Source: Catajapyx aquilonaris
Taxonomy: Eukaryota
Reading direction: 5' to 3'
NCBI GenBank assembly: GCA_000934665.2
Contig: JYFJ02001086.1
Span: 1-64,000, forward strand
DNA: 64,000 bases
How positions within the stretch are numbered: the first letter of the stretch is position 1; each line of letters starts with the position of its first letter. Under the pieces are notes generated by a model, which was given only the letters and a program-made list of their open reading frames with translations, had not been told where the DNA came from and ran no database searches. Positions 13,501-28,500 of the stretch are shown here, piece by piece. The position numbers were made by a program, and so were the translations under genes.

Positions 13501-16500
13501 AATGGGCGGATACATGTGTACCGTGCTTATGGATCTTTCCCAAGGACTGGTTTCGGGTAAAACGACAGCGGTCGGGTAACATAATAAAGATATTAGTTTT
13601 GAATTTTTGCCTCGTGCACAGGACCGGCATTTCAAAGGGAGGCCATTATTATTGGCTTGATATTTAAAACGCCGACGTAATCACTTTATTTGGTAGTATA
13701 CAGTTACTGACAAATGTGATGCAACGCTGAACTTTGTGAGCTCGAAAATGGTAATGCTAACTAGTATTATGATGAACTTTAAAACCGGCAATTTTTTAAA
13801 GTGTAGGATCACTCAGGGAATTATGACAAACAAAAATGACCCCCCCCCCCACAAGTATTTAAACGTCCTTTATAAACTACTGTAATATCTTCCTCTCAAG
13901 GGCAAGTCGAGTACTGTACCTGCGCATATCGCACGGCAGTATAATCAGGGATCAGTTTTGGTATTCTAAGCGAAATTTCGCGACAATTGGTTTATATGTC
14001 AGCGGAAGGAGCCGCGAAAAATTGAGAATAGGATGACCTGTTTCAATTTGTCCCGTACAGTTTGGTCACACTTCACGTAGAAATCTCACCATGACCGTAC
14101 TTAACAAAGGACGCATTCAGATGGGCTTGTTACGAAAGTCGGTAGCGTTAGTAAAGAAGCGAATGAAAAGGTGCACGACTCCAGTGAGCTTGCTCATGTT
14201 TTCAGAAATAAAAAATGAATGACTTGTCCAGCGCATATTTTTTATATAGTACCGGCGGAAGATTTTCATTCATTACGGAAAATTTTGCTGAGCGCAACAA
14301 TTCCGGGCCATGCTATGTGCAGGTTTCACGATATCTTTACATGGCACAAAAGCCTGACTTTATATGCTAAATGCACTGGTATAGTAAAATTTTTAGAAAA
14401 ACGCTCTCTTCTGTAACTAATAGAATCAGCAGTGTTCGTGACATAACTAAAATTTTCGAATTAATGCAATTTAGCCGTATTACTCCTACGCGTACTGCGT
14501 GGCATATAAAACATGTAAGTGAAAGGCCACAATTTCGCTCAAATGCATTTCAGAAGAAACACCTATACATGCAATTTTTTAAAACCGATATAAGCCCTAC
14601 TCTGAAAGCTGTATTCATGTCATTATAAGCCATAGTTTTTTTTCACAGTTCACTTCCCTTTTCACTGATATTCAAGTACTCCCCCTCGATTCAGTTACTG
14701 TTTAGTCCAAAAGCAGAGAGACTTACCACTCATCCATCTTAGCAGATCAGCACAATTTTAATTCTTACCCACCCTTTTCATACAAGAGGGTGGGGGAGGG
14801 GGAAAAAAACTCGCTTTCCAAATGAATGCATCTTGATACGACTATAATGGCCCCTTGATTTCGGCATGGGAAGGAACGTGAAGGCAAATCTCCTCCGGCA
14901 GCCCTGCGGCTTCCCCATATTGAATAAGGCAGATCATACCGCTCGGCTGCACCTCCCCACCCTCACCCCCACCTCAAAATGCCATTTATTTCCCTATCCA
15001 CCGCTCCCCAAACGTCGTCAATCTCAGTCGGTCGGGTGTCAATCGACGATGATGGCCGTGCATCTCAGATCCCCAGAATGCATCTTGGTATTTTTTATGT
15101 ATATATATATATCCGTCTTCAGGTCTAGTTCTTCAGTGCCACCCGCCTTGTGACCAGCTCAGGCATGAAGCCGAAATTGGTAGGAAGGCCCTCTCCTTCC
15201 TCCAAATGTTACACCATTTTTGCCTGCCCGTTCATGCGTTGGTAATAACCGGCTATAAGCTCGTCCTCCAGAAATGAAATGGGCGGGTACAAAAGATGCC
15301 ATGAGAGTAAAGGGGGTTACAGGGAGGGATTATACACGTTTTCCTGGAGAAGAACCCAGTCAAGGGGGAAATCAGATATTTTTTTTTCCACTTTACCACT
15401 TTTTCGCTGAATTTTTTGTTGTTTTTGTCATACTGTACTGTACCTCGGGATGTGGTCAGCAGCTCGTGCATGATGGTGTTTTTTTCATGGGGTTTTTCGC
15501 ATCGGTGTCTGTACGGTTGTAATGAGAGCTAAGTAATAATGAAATTGCATGCGAGTACCCGGGTTTTTTCACGCATGCATGGAGGTTGTGATTTTGGGCG
15601 AGAGCATGAATGCTTCAAAAGTTTTGCAAAGCTGCATTAAATCATGAGGTAATGAGAACAAGAGTTTTTTTTGAGGGGTGGGGCGGAAGGGTGGTTACAC
15701 CATGTTGTGGTATGCGCACCACTGTGCTTTTTGAATACAATTTCATAACCTGTGTAACTTTCCACTTAAATTAATTGATACGTAATACAGTATATTAACT
15801 GCCGAGAGACATTATCACATGGCTAATTTTTATGCTAGAAGGAGTAATATGCTCATTTGACGATTTGATACCTTGTCATGCACATTTTTGCTATTTCAAA
15901 GATGGGTATTGAAGCAAGACATTGTTTTAATTACAGAAATAAAGCGAATTTTGTTGAACATGTATTGAAATTAATATATAACATTAATATATACGTTATA
16001 TTATGGCTATGGAGTATCCTAATTTCACATTCAGTGTAATTTAAACGAATAAAACTTTCTTGAGCGAATACTTGAGCATTCTTGTTATGCAGCGGGTTAT
16101 CTAAATTTTTGTAAGTGATTTTATTGGTTGTTTTGCTCCCATTGGTGCCAATAATCATGAATCAAAATGGATATAACCATTCCCTTAAATATTTCCTAAA
16201 CTGCAAGTACTCCTTGCCTTCCACCACCCATATTACATTATTATCAAATCGATAGTGATGATCAGTCTTTTAGTAATCGGCATGAAATGTAATATTAGGC
16301 TACTCCACATGCTATACAGTGAACTGTTACGTTCATTCAAATATTTATAATCCCGCCCTTCAACCCTGGAGGTTAAAAATGGCTTCATCGTCTTTAATAA
16401 CTGTTTAGGTCAGATCCCCTTGCTGATGTTAAAAAGGACGAGTTCATGCAACCAAATGTTAGTAGCCAACATTTTAAATAACCTCTGAAAGTCATCATTC

Positions 16501-17930
16501 CGAAGTACTGTACATGCTTAATATTATAAGCAGCTTCGTGCGGAAAAATCGCAACAGCATCAGACAAGTATTTCTGATCTCCTTGTATGCGCTGCGCTTT
16601 CAGCAGAGATTATTGCAATAAAGCAATAAAATACAAATTTTAGGGACTGACCTCTCATTTTCCACGTACAGAATGAGAATCCAGTGCACTACTGGCTATA
16701 AACATTCTACATGTGTGTACAGTATACGTTAGTCCAGCGTGCATTTCGGTGGGGTGCGGGGTGTATATAGGGAAGGATTTTAAAAACTCATTTAGTGTGA
16801 TGGTTGAATTCCTATACTAAAGAATTAGTCATGAAGCACAGTAGGATGAAAATATAAATGAGGAATGAAGCTTAGGAATGTAGGCCTGTTGTATTGGCCG
16901 ATGTGTACCTTTCTCTGCTTTGTAATAATCCTGTAACTCTGGAACTACGTTCACGTACCCGTTGTCAACATGCAATGGAGAACAAAAGACTATTGATGCA
17001 ATGAAAGCCTGCACTGTAACTGACGTTATCATATGAGCGGCAAAAATGGTCCATCAGAACAAATCTTCATCCTGTAAGTCGTATAATGTTACGTACAGTA
17101 CGTGAGGAGAGATAGAAAAAAAGAAAACTATCATGGTCATTTTTTGGGTGCTGGTGCAAAGTGTATTCCAGGTGAAAGACGGCACTCTAATGGACTCCAA
17201 GGTGGGACTCCCTAAGGTACAACCCCCCCCCCCCCCCGGTCTTATAACTGTCACGTCAAACATCGACGATCCGCTTATTGAGAAAAAGTGGTATGTGATC
17301 CTCCATATCTTACTGAAATACCATACTATTTTGGTGGTCAAATAATTATATTGTAAAGGATTTGCTCCTCCCAATGAAAAGTTGCTCTTAATAATCGTGA
17401 AAAATTCATAAAAAAACCTTAATGCAGGTTAATGAATGTTTTAAAAGTAATATTGGCTCGTGTTTGAAGCTTATGTGAGTGGCTATAATCCTTTAATCTG
17501 TTTTTAAAAAGCTGTTTTCAATCGCAAAATCCATTTAAGTTGTTTTTCCCCCCACTCGTGACACTATTACCATTTTCCACCAATGCTCGACGTTTTACCG
17601 TATCATAACAATGTTTCACCGTGAACAAATTATCTCAAGGTATTCGATCAGCGGGAGGGAACTATTCTTGGCTACACGCAAAATCGATTGCATCCTACAG
17701 GTATTATAGTGCATATTGCAAATGAGACGTTTAACCTTGCATCTATTCATTCTTATAATGTCCTGAAAACCCAGATGATTTGCAGGTTTTTCCTCTAATT
17801 GTCACTAAATATCTTATTGTATTCGTGCAGAGTGTATAGGCTTATGTGAGTTTCTTTTATAGCCCAGTAACAGTTTTGTGCTTGCATGTAAGGAAGTTTG
17901 ATGCTCATCTGATCTCTTTTGGACCATTTG

Positions 17931-18071
17931 TGTTGTTGTTGTTGTTGCGGTTGTTGTAAAGAATGCAGGTGTTATGGCACCCCGGTGTCCTCTTACCGCC
18001 GAATTGCCTTGACTCGCTATCCAATGGCAGTCCACTTCAAAGTGTCCTGCCAGAGAAAGACAGAAAACCGC

Positions 18072-18116
<45 letters not shown>

Positions 18117-18195
18117 TGACTATCAGCACCAGGGATCGAACCCGGGCTGTCCCGAAGGGATCGGACACTCACCTAATCAAGTGTACACTTTGCCG
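17931..18195 (-). mobile_element. Probable second tRNA-derived SINE, with internal (CT)20 tract and (CAA)n tail
   Basis: Minus strand: tRNA T-arm/B box CCGGG-TTCGATC-CCTGG (B box at plus 18132-18142) preceded by a small TCCC-TTC-GGGA hairpin, then (CT)20, ~115 nt of body and a (CAA)n tail (plus 17931-17957). A box is unclear and no TSD was found, so the ends are approximate. Confidence 0.55.
18075..18114 (+). repeat. (GA)20 microsatellite
   Basis: Perfect 40-bp dinucleotide run, inside the putative SINE. Confidence 0.98.
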
Positions 18196-21100
18196 TGTAA
18201 TCATGCCTGTCATAAAGCACACCTATTAATTAAAAGAGGTATGGTAGTTATATGCGCCTCTAGAGGACCTGAGGAGGGTCTCGGGGCATTCAGTTGGAAA
18301 CCAGGCCCGAATGCTGAATATTGTTAGCCCGAGCAGTGAAGGCTTGATATCAGTTACCAATATTTCAATTTTCCATCCAGCATAGATTTGGTTCCGTGTT
18401 ATAGACAACACGATTTATTCGCCGATGAAGAATGTTTCCAGCGCCAGCAGCAGACTGGTCTTTCGGCGCTTAAAATCAATGTTTTCAAAAAATCTCGCTT
18501 TTTCCCCAGCTTGCTCGATGTTCGGGACAACTTGGCTCTGCTCACTGATGCGCGTTTTCTCCCCATTACGTCATCAAAGTTCTGTCTTCCCTCTAGGGAA
18601 GGTCGAAGCTGCTCATGTGACGAGAATCGATATATACCTTGCTGAATTGTTTCAGTTGTTTGGTCTAATAGCATATCCATGCTGATATGCCTGCTTGATT
18701 TTATGCCTGCATTATTCTTTCTAGAGGTGTGTTGCCAACCCAGTGGCTACATTTAGCCAAGCTCGATGATCGAATATTTCCGGCGGGATGCATACTCATA
18801 ACGTGTACCAAAACTCTTCTTTTTAAAATCACTGCACCATTGCCATTCCTATGTTTGAGTGAGCAAGTAGTTCAAAAACTCATTTTGCAAAATAACTTCG
18901 TAAATCTAGCGAAACCTTTCAGGAGTAAATAATTTTATGATCATGTAATGTGGTAGCCTGCAGTAATTCTGTTAGAAAATAATTGTTCTGTGTAATATAA
19001 GCAACTCCGCGCAGTATAATGAGAAAGCACGTGTACTCATTGGTAGGGAAGTCGTATGAGAACCCCAGGCAAAAACTGAAACTCAGCCGAGTCTTGTCTA
19101 ATCTCAGGTAGAGATATACGAGTTCTTGGGTTAACTTGCATCCTTGGAGTTCCAGTTTTGATGACCGGGTCTCGTGAGACAGATGCAGAAATAAGCGGAC
19201 CGACATTGAAATTCTAGTACGCGTGTGTGGACATATACGAACTTAATGGACGTCTCTCTAAGCGGTTGGGACAGGATTCTACGGTGTCATTAGGGTTCAA
19301 GGGGGCCGTAAACGTCACAACTTCAGGGTTGGATGCATCACCTCTCCACAAGACACGCGGCCATTAGCTCCGAGTGACGTCATGCATTCCCTTACGCCTT
19401 GTTAATTAGTTCGGTTGACGCCAGGTGACCTGGCTCCAATACCCATATTTTTTGTTAGGGTTCGACTGATAAAAAAAAGGTTTATTGTATTTAATTATTA
19501 TTTTAAAATGACATGTCTACTGCTAATGCGCGCTGATTTTTCAAATATTTCGTACAGACTACGTACACCTGTTGTACACGATTAAGGGCACTTGCTATTC
19601 ACAATATGTGAAGTGTTTATATTAAATGAGGTAAGTGATGGAAGGAGGCCGAGGCATGATGGATGATGTTCTTCTTGGACGTATGCTCCTCTCGCATGCA
19701 GGCAGGCAGGCTTGGCTGGCTGGTTTGGCTTTCGTCTTGTCCATGCAGGCAGGTCCTTTGGGCGCAGATGAAATCTGTCCACAAGTCGTCCCCAGCAGAA
19801 GCGTCAGTCAGGTCACGGACTCTGGCTTCCTAAGACCTGTCACCGCCGATTTGTGTGACTTCGGATAGTGCTGTGACAGCTAGCCTGACACTCAGATAGG
19901 GGAGACTACTGCTTGTCATCTTTTCAGTCGCATACGGAAATTAGGTTCAACGATTATGCAAGGTGACAGTTACAGGCAAAACCAGGCTCTTGTGTCTGGG
20001 AGTTCAGAAAATACGCTTGGATATAACTATGTAAATATTTAACCTGATATCTGCGCACCTGAGAGCGAGTGCAAACATAATTAGGCCAATTCCAACTTGT
20101 GTGCTTTTGTTGTAGTCAAACATTTAATACGGGCTATGCAAGTTTTGAATCCGATTTTTTGTGTGCAACTATACACCAAATCACGAAGTACCTAGTGCAG
20201 CAGCCCTAATAATGCATTTCCCCCCCAGTGGAACTGATTGAAAACATGTTGCCAACTTTTCGTGCTCGGTTTTCCAACCTGCATTCCGGGTCGATCTATT
20301 GCCAGCATAGTATAGGGGACGAATGTAACTTACACGATATTACTAACCTAGCCACTCGAGGAATGAATCGCACCTACAATGCCACGTCGCATTAAACTCG
20401 ATGCAATTTTCTGGTCCTAGAAGCCGAGTCACCTTTGTAGTCCTATAGGGGACGTCACATTCAATCTAGTTGAAAGCGCGACTTTGCCACTGAGAACCAA
20501 TAGTAATTGCAGATTTGTGTGCGAATCGAAAGAGTCCAAATTATATTGCCTCACGTAGGTACTAGGAGTAACACCGCATTAATGATATTCGAGCATTTGA
20601 TTTATTATGACGATACTTATTTTTTTTTGTTTCCGATTCTTTATGGTATTTTCCATTACAAAACGGCTCCTTCGATGCACAGATCCTGTTCCAGTCACGA
20701 AAAAGCATTTTCTTTCAGCCCCGTGGTCCCAGAGACTAACGTCGGAGCCGGGTTTAAGTACCATATCTTTAGTGTGTTTTTATAGCGTGGAGCTAATGAG
20801 TTAGCTACCCTTAGTACAGGTGGACAAAGATGAAAATCAACGTGGTGAGTTTTCTTTTTTAATTTGCATCCAGAGTGATCACGTCTGAGGGCTCCAGCAA
20901 CAAAGGGTCTGTGCCCGAATCGTTAGGGGTTAAGGAGAGTCTAATAAATTTCAAAGCTGACACGTCGTCCTGACTAATCGGCTTCCGCTTTTCCGACCGC
21001 GGACCAACTGCAAAATTGCTTAGTGGCCACTTTGGGAGGAATGGGTTCTAGAACCTGGTTTAAAAAGTTTGGGGGATAATGACGCGTGGTTCTGGACGAA

Positions 21101-24100
21101 CTATGAGCGTGAGCGAGAAGGCAATTCTCGAATCCTATTGGTCCGTCGACTTCTCGCTCACGCTGAAATGTCTCGAATTGGTTCCACAACTATCGAGCTT
21201 CAATGGGGGCTACGGCCCAAAAAGTTTCTGCAAACATCAATATTTTATGCATTGGCGGGGGAAGATCAGTCGCGGACGTGTCTATTTTATGGGGCACTAT
21301 ACTTTCACACTATAACCATCAGCAGCAGTGTTTATTCACACGTTATGACTGCGCAATTAATTGCGGAGTCCCTCGCAGTTGATTTCTGGTGTCATGGCGT
21401 GTGATGTATTTTATGCAGCGTAATGACACGATGAAATATGTGACCAATATTAACACGAACTAACCACATGACCACTCTCCAATGGCGCTGTTTTTTTTAA
21501 TTTGCCCAGGAAATTGATGGCGGGTGTTACACACTGCCAAAATGTTTCGGGACAAGGTGTAATCTTACCAACTGGTAATGGGGCAATGCCCCTGGTCTGT
21601 CCACTTTTCCTGGAAATGAAGCAGCAGCAATTCTAGAAGGAAAGACGACACGAGTCCCCTATACCTCACATCTAACTGGAACGGTTGGAGTGCGTGTGTT
21701 TGTTGTAATTGGGCAGACCCAAGTTCTTCCGAGTCAATTGGCAGTCTAGTGGACCAAGCGGCCGATGCGTTCTTTTGCTAGCTGGACCCCGGGCATTGGA
21801 ATTCGATAAAACAACATTGCAGTTCCTGCTGCTTGCTGCTGTTCAGGACGACTCCGACCCACTCCAGGCTATGCTATTTGCAGTTAAGTGCGGGGACCTA
21901 GATGAGCAAACCGAACCAGACCCTTACCCTGCTGCATGCTCTCATGTTTTGAGTCAACATGCTCAGGCAATTACGCTCAAGCAAGCTGTATACGGTAGAG
22001 CCTATTTGAGCAGGTCTATGTCCACCTCGTCAGACGACTACTTCACGTACAAATATTGCCATTTTTCCTCGCACGTGAAACCTTGATGGGAAATGCTGTC
22101 GGTGCAGGGTGTAGAAGACTCGTTGAGGATGCCACCTTCTTCGCTTTTTTGTCATTTGATCGTCTGATTAGGGGGACATAATGTGCATGCTTAGGTTTCG
22201 GATTTTACTAAGCTGTTGTATTGATTGTGCTTCACGGTTACACCCAGCCCACACTAGTATTGATTTTAAAAGAGGGTTTAAATGCTGCATTGCACTGTAC
22301 TGTAGTGCCGTCTTATTTGGGGTTATTACACTTGGCAGTTCATTTGCCATGTAGGGTAGGCATACAGTACGTAACTCTTGGTTTTGCCCAGCAGCATTAA
22401 TTTATTAATGTGCTCCCAAACTTAGGGTTTCAAAGAGAATAGATATATATTTCTCCAAGTTATATTATGGTTCAATATGAACTAGGCGCGAGGAATATGA
22501 CATGAACTGGAATTTAGGGTCATAATGAACATTAAGGTCCGGTGTATACAAAACTGGTTATTTTGTGCGCGGCTTTAGGGGACATGTAGTGTGTAAATGA
22601 GAAAATGCCTATTCTTGTAATAAATGCCACCAATCCTGTTTTCCTTTACATATTAGTGTAGGTCATAATCACACGATATTAAAACAGCATCCGTAAGTCG
22701 GCCTATTAGAATTATTGCAATATCATCCTCATGTGATATGTAACATTACGCCATATGGACATCCCGTTTTTGACTAGTGGATTTTTTTTAAAAGTCCGAA
22801 AAAGCAATGGCCACATGAAAAATGAAAGGTAACCTAGTAACACCCTCTGATGTATGAAATTGCCATCGAAACGTAGTCTCTGTAAACATTGAAAAGGACT
22901 GATCTACATCGATATGGCCAGGATTCGCGTTTATCACTCCCCATTTTTTGTGGGTCCTGGCGACGTTTATTCGGGGATTGGGACTCCTAATTAAGCAGGA
23001 AGGAATAATGTGGACAATGATGCCTTTCTAGCAGCGCAATAAATTGAACGGTTCAAATCTGGGCTTGCGGGATGTTGCCGGACGAGTCCGAAAAGGATTT
23101 TTGGAACGAGGCCGTCCACCTTGAAACTGGCGAGTGAGGCTTTGCAGTTGGCTCGGAGAAAATTAAGCGGACAGGTTTTTCTCCCCTTTTTATAACGCAC
23201 CCAGGAGGGAGAATGGGTCACGTGGAAGCCTTTCGACCTGGAGTGTCATTTGTTTTATCCGTCCTTAAATTTCAAGACTTGGAAATGAATAGAGCCAGCG
23301 GTCTGCACCGCTTTCAGTAGTCAAATGGTCTACTTTTTGTGAGTTTTAGGGGGGGGGGGGGACTATGTGTTTTGCCTTTTTGGGTACACTGGTGAGAAGA
23401 AAGGGGGGTGATTTGACATTCCTTCACGTTCGGTACATAGACGACTTTTCGGCACCGGTAGACCTACCACATGCAGTGCAACATGACAGTTTGGGTGCAG
23501 TACAATCCAGTCATGATGCAGTTTACATAAGTATTTCAAAAAAAATAAACCAGCAGTATTTGCACCATTGTATATTAATAAACTTGGAAAATAATTAGCA
23601 TGGACGAAGCTAAAAAAATCGACTTTATAAGGTAAGCTAAACATGTACGTGGGCTGCCTATGCACGTGTTTTATGCTGTAATTTTAATGAAATGAAAACA
23701 CAGTGCTGTTTTGCAAAAAGTTTTGTGCTCTACTGTGTGCAAGCCCTGCCTCTGGTGCTTTCATAAAATTTCGGTTGCTGGAAATATTTACGAGCGTTCC
23801 TTCAACTTTGTTCAGGGTAGAGTTGTGCATGCGTAATATGAAGCAAGAAGGCTCCACACCGTGGGTGTTAGCCGGTCGGCTATTACGACAGAGCGGAAGA
23901 GACGGTTTGGAGGCCATGAATGGCCGGCGCCTGTATCTTCCTTCGCCATCGCTCCTAACCGGAGGCTCAATATTATCAATGGCCAGCATCGCGGAGGAGC
24001 CTCATCTCTCCCAAAAGTCCTCCCTTCTACCAAGCTACCCTCCCTTCTGGGATCTTATCGTGTGATGGCGCTACTGCCATGCATAGACATTCCTACAGGG

Positions 24101-25543
24101 GAATGGGGATGAGATGACAAAGAGGACCTCTGGGGGGGAAAGCGGCGGTGGTGGAGGAATACTTAAAGGTATGATGGCGCTGGTGTAGCCAACGGATGGC
24201 ACAAACATCCACTGCAGCTGGCTGTGGAAGGTTTGGGGACATACTTCCACCCCTACCCAGAACTAAATCTCTCGGACCAAGTCGAGCGCGACAAATCCGA
24301 ACCTACTTTCCATAATCCGGGAGACCTTTCCTCCGACAACACTGCCAAACTTTTTTTGGCGCCCCCCAAAATGATGGGTATATAATCAAATGATGTCAGG
24401 GGAGTAGTGACGTGGCAACCGATTGTTGCAGGGGGGTTTTCCCCCCAAAACCAGCACATTGGGTGAAACCGCATCCAGCTTCATTTCCATTGCATGAGAT
24501 GAGTCAGTCCAGTGGGCAGATAATGAGATTTTCATCGACCTCAGATCTTCTAGTTATGGTGTCTTTACGCCATTTCGGAGTTTGTCTCAATGTACGGGAG
24601 CAGAGAGAGCCAGATGTCACCAGCGAGCTCTGTGGGGGCATGTCGGCCATTTTTGTTGAGACAACTTGGTAACTTGTGACGTGCCACCGTTGGTTGTGGC
24701 GGGTACCTAACTACACCTGTGTGAGTGTGACTTGTGCGCATGTTTAGCTCCTAAGAGGAAGGCGTCAGGTGACGATGATGCTGATGATATGTCAACATTG
24801 CGGGACTCTTGATTTGAGTTAGGCGTAAATTACGCGCGCGCATGTCCGACTCATCTGGAATAGGCTGAGGGACATGATTAGCGGAGGAGTATACGTGGAG
24901 AAAGCCGGGATGTGGGGAAGGAAATATGGGCATCTAAATGGCTAAACGGGCTCTTAAGTTGGCGTTACACCTGTAGACCTTCTTTACTGCACCATAAAGA
25001 CGGAATGCGCCGAGGCGCGGTTCAGATTGCAGGATTGTGTGACAGAGGAGGTGGTCGAAAAGTCCCAAGTACCACTTGGAAATCGTACTGGATTATGGGT
25101 AAGGGCTTTCCTAAGGAGGCGGAGGAATCCAGCTCCGTTGATGACTACGTGTTTTCTTACTCTTGAAACCCGCAACCACATGCCCCTATCTCCAGAAGCA
25201 CATGTGCCTCATTACCCAGACCTCCATTACAGAAGCATTCCAGTTTTGTTATCGCCCTTTGCAGATAAATGCTGCCAGACCTAATAAAACGCCCTTCGTC
25301 GCGATAAATTTATAGCCGTTGCAAGTCCAGACGATAGATGGGAATTGTGACGGTGTGCAACGAGTTGTGTGAAAATTATGCCTTGCTTATACAACGTTTT
25401 TCCTCTCTTGGCAATTTCCTCATCTTTCGATTTCCGGGTACGAAACCAGATCGATCCCAGGGGAGACATGGAAGCGAGAAGTAACGGGAAGAAATGATCG
25501 ATGTTTCCAAACATCTCAAGATGAAGAAGCTTCAAGTCCTACA

Positions 25544-25570
25544 CCTACCTACCTACCTACCTATCTACCT
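25544..25570 (+). repeat. (CCTA)5+ tetranucleotide repeat
   Basis: CCTACCTACCTACCTACCTATCTACCT seen directly. Confidence 0.9.
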
Positions 25571-28500
25571 CTTGGAGTGTATAATATATGCACCTTCTTT
25601 CTCTTCTTCCCTCCTGCCTGGCTGTTATAAATTCCATTATTATGAGATTGAATTGGGTCAAGGACCGGGGTGAAAGGGGCATCGAAAGACTGCTCGGGCA
25701 GATGAGGTCCGCCCACAGGTAAATGCTTGGAGGTATTCCACTCGTGTAATGTAGTAATTTACAGGCGCTTTGGATCGAAGTCTGTGGTTCCACGCTGCAA
25801 TTTTCGGTTGGCCGCACTACACCGAAAGTTACGGGGCTTATAAGGAGCCCTAGTGAATTATATGGGATCATGTCATGCTCTAGGTAAATCGCAGTCTACA
25901 TCCACTATTGAATCACATTGCGCTTGGCGCATTATTTTGCTGTCCATTTTTACCTGCAACAAGGGTCAGATTGGCTGTGACTTGAATTTTGCAGCGTAAG
26001 AGAACGCTTTGTGCATATCATCGTGGGACAGCAATTTATATTTTTATGACCGCGGACTTATAAATGAGCTCAGCCGGTACTGCCGGGCCGGCCATATAAT
26101 TATTTAATTTAGTAGTGTCATGATAGCGCATGATACATGTGTGAATACATTTGCGACCTGTTCAAAGAGACGCATTCTTGGACCATCCCACCGGTATGCC
26201 ATGAATTCAGATCATCTCCGTCGCAAATGAAGTAACCCGCCATGAATATTTCATAATGGAGAATTATTTAGGACAGTTGTACTACTACTGTACTACTTCG
26301 TGTCCCTTATCTCAGGAACATTTGATAACCCTGGCTCATTGTATGAAAACGCAGCGTGATTTGATACACTGTATGAACTTGAGGGATTAATTGGCTATTC
26401 CCACAACTATAAGGCAAATCAGATGATGATTAATCGCTCGATAAATGCTGTGGGTGTGGAAAGTGCCCTGGTGTTTTCCAAAATTCCTGGGCGTCCACCA
26501 CCGTGTAGCTTCCTATTACTACCTCGCGAACACTCCATTAATAGCTAGACCACTTCCTGATGCAATTATTCTAGCCGTAATGCTATCCAGCCATCATGGA
26601 TGCAAAGGTCATGTAGGTCCTTCGCGTGAGTACCTCCGTTCTTTTTGGGGCAAACTCAGGAGGAAGTATCGCATGCGACCCAACACCGCGCATTACCCCA
26701 TTAATTTTACAGCCAGAGGATAATAACAAGATGTCCCTTCTTGGAGTTACAAAAAAAAAAGAAAGGAAGTACTCGGAGCATGAACAGGCGTTGATGGCTT
26801 CATAAAGAGTGCGGAATTTGCTATCACAGCGCCCCCGTGACGATGCCTTGGCAATTCTCATTACTCTTTTTGTAGCTTTCAAGCCCTTTGCTCCTGCTTG
26901 GTGCTGGAAACATGGACCAAGACATGGAATTACGGACTAGGTCCGTCGGCTCCTGTGCTGCCACTGGATGCATTCTTGACTTTCAAATCTTTTTGTACGG
27001 ATACTTAAGCCGATTAGTGAACAGCGCGTGCAGTAAAAAGTGGTAAACCGACTGCAAATGTTCGCCTGCGCAGCTAAGAACAGGATAGATAAAGGCGCTC
27101 ACAAATTTTTTTTGCCTGCCAAGGGATCATTCCATGAAAAATTGCACTTTAAATCCCGCCCAAATGAAAATTAGGAATCTCTTGACTGGTGCGAGCATTG
27201 CACTGATGCATACCTGGTTGCCAGGGGGTAACCAAGAACAAAGAACACTGTACACACGTACTGAAAGTTGTAACAATAAAGAGTGAGCATTCGGCGCACT
27301 TTGATATTATCGGGTTTGAAAGTTTGGAAAGTATTTGGTAATAGATATTTAACCCCTGACAAAGGTGTACAGTCGGGCCAAGAAACTTCATTTATGTTTT
27401 CCCCCATCCATTTTGACTAATCGAGCTTTCTATAACTCACAGACCCGCCATGACTTGAACCTGCGGCGAGGGACCAAAGTGGCTTACAACACTCGCCATA
27501 ATCGAAATGCAAATTGAAAATTCCCAACGAATTTTGTTTCCCATTCCCAGGGCGCAAATTGAATATCGGCTTATAACGCTAGAAAGTGCAGGTAAACGGC
27601 GGTTGCGTAATGTTACCAAAGTGAAGAGACCTGGTATTATGGTGGGTTAATTTAACCCCTGGAGTATATGTGGGTTGGACACACATTGTTCAATAATGCA
27701 GGAATTATTATTGACTCATTCAATTGGTGTTTTACTTTGTGCGCGTTATCTTTGTGTGCAATGCACACATTATAGGTCTACTGTAGGCCTCTGTAGGCAT
27801 ATACGGTGCAATGTACGTATGTCATTTTTCCAAATAGTCTATTGCAATATTTGCTTTATGATATTGAATAGTGCGCTGTACATGCTACAATGTACTGTAT
27901 CAGGTATAACCTACAGTATATTATGCCAGTATGGCTGAAAAATAAGCCAGGCTACCCCACTGGGACATGGTTACGAATATGTATAGGATGTTAAATTACG
28001 ATGCTTCGGGTGGCCCTCACCTACCCACCCAACCTTGGTTGCCATCAGAGGGACAACGCCGGGAGAAATTAATGCGTTTACCCTTACCCCAGATTTTTGT
28101 GCCCAACGCTCATAAGGAAAGTGGTGTGCGAGCAGGTCTACGCTGTCGTCAGTGGTACGGAATTGTCATCATACAACATATACTGTACAGTGCATCATTA
28201 AATGCTTATGGTGGGCCTGAGAACATCCGATGTCACAAAATAAGGTCATTGTCCAGTGCTTCTCGTGCGTTGCTGCTGTTGAGTACATATTTTTTCTGGG
28301 TGGGGTCGCACTGTGCGCCAAATACTAGCACCTATTGTGCTCTGATGGCAATCATTTGGTGGGTGAGTAAGAGCGGTACTAAAGCTCAGGACATTTCATC
28401 CTATTTATTCGCAATTACGTCTGAGTACAGTTGATTGGCTCACTTTCGCTTGAGTCATCCTTGTTGGCACATTCAGAATGTCAAATTGTTTGCTGGGGAG

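Noticed and set aside
13950..14550. Weak inverted similarity (GCGAAATT...TTTATATG) suggesting a MITE
   Set aside because: Too degenerate to define TIRs or a TSD.
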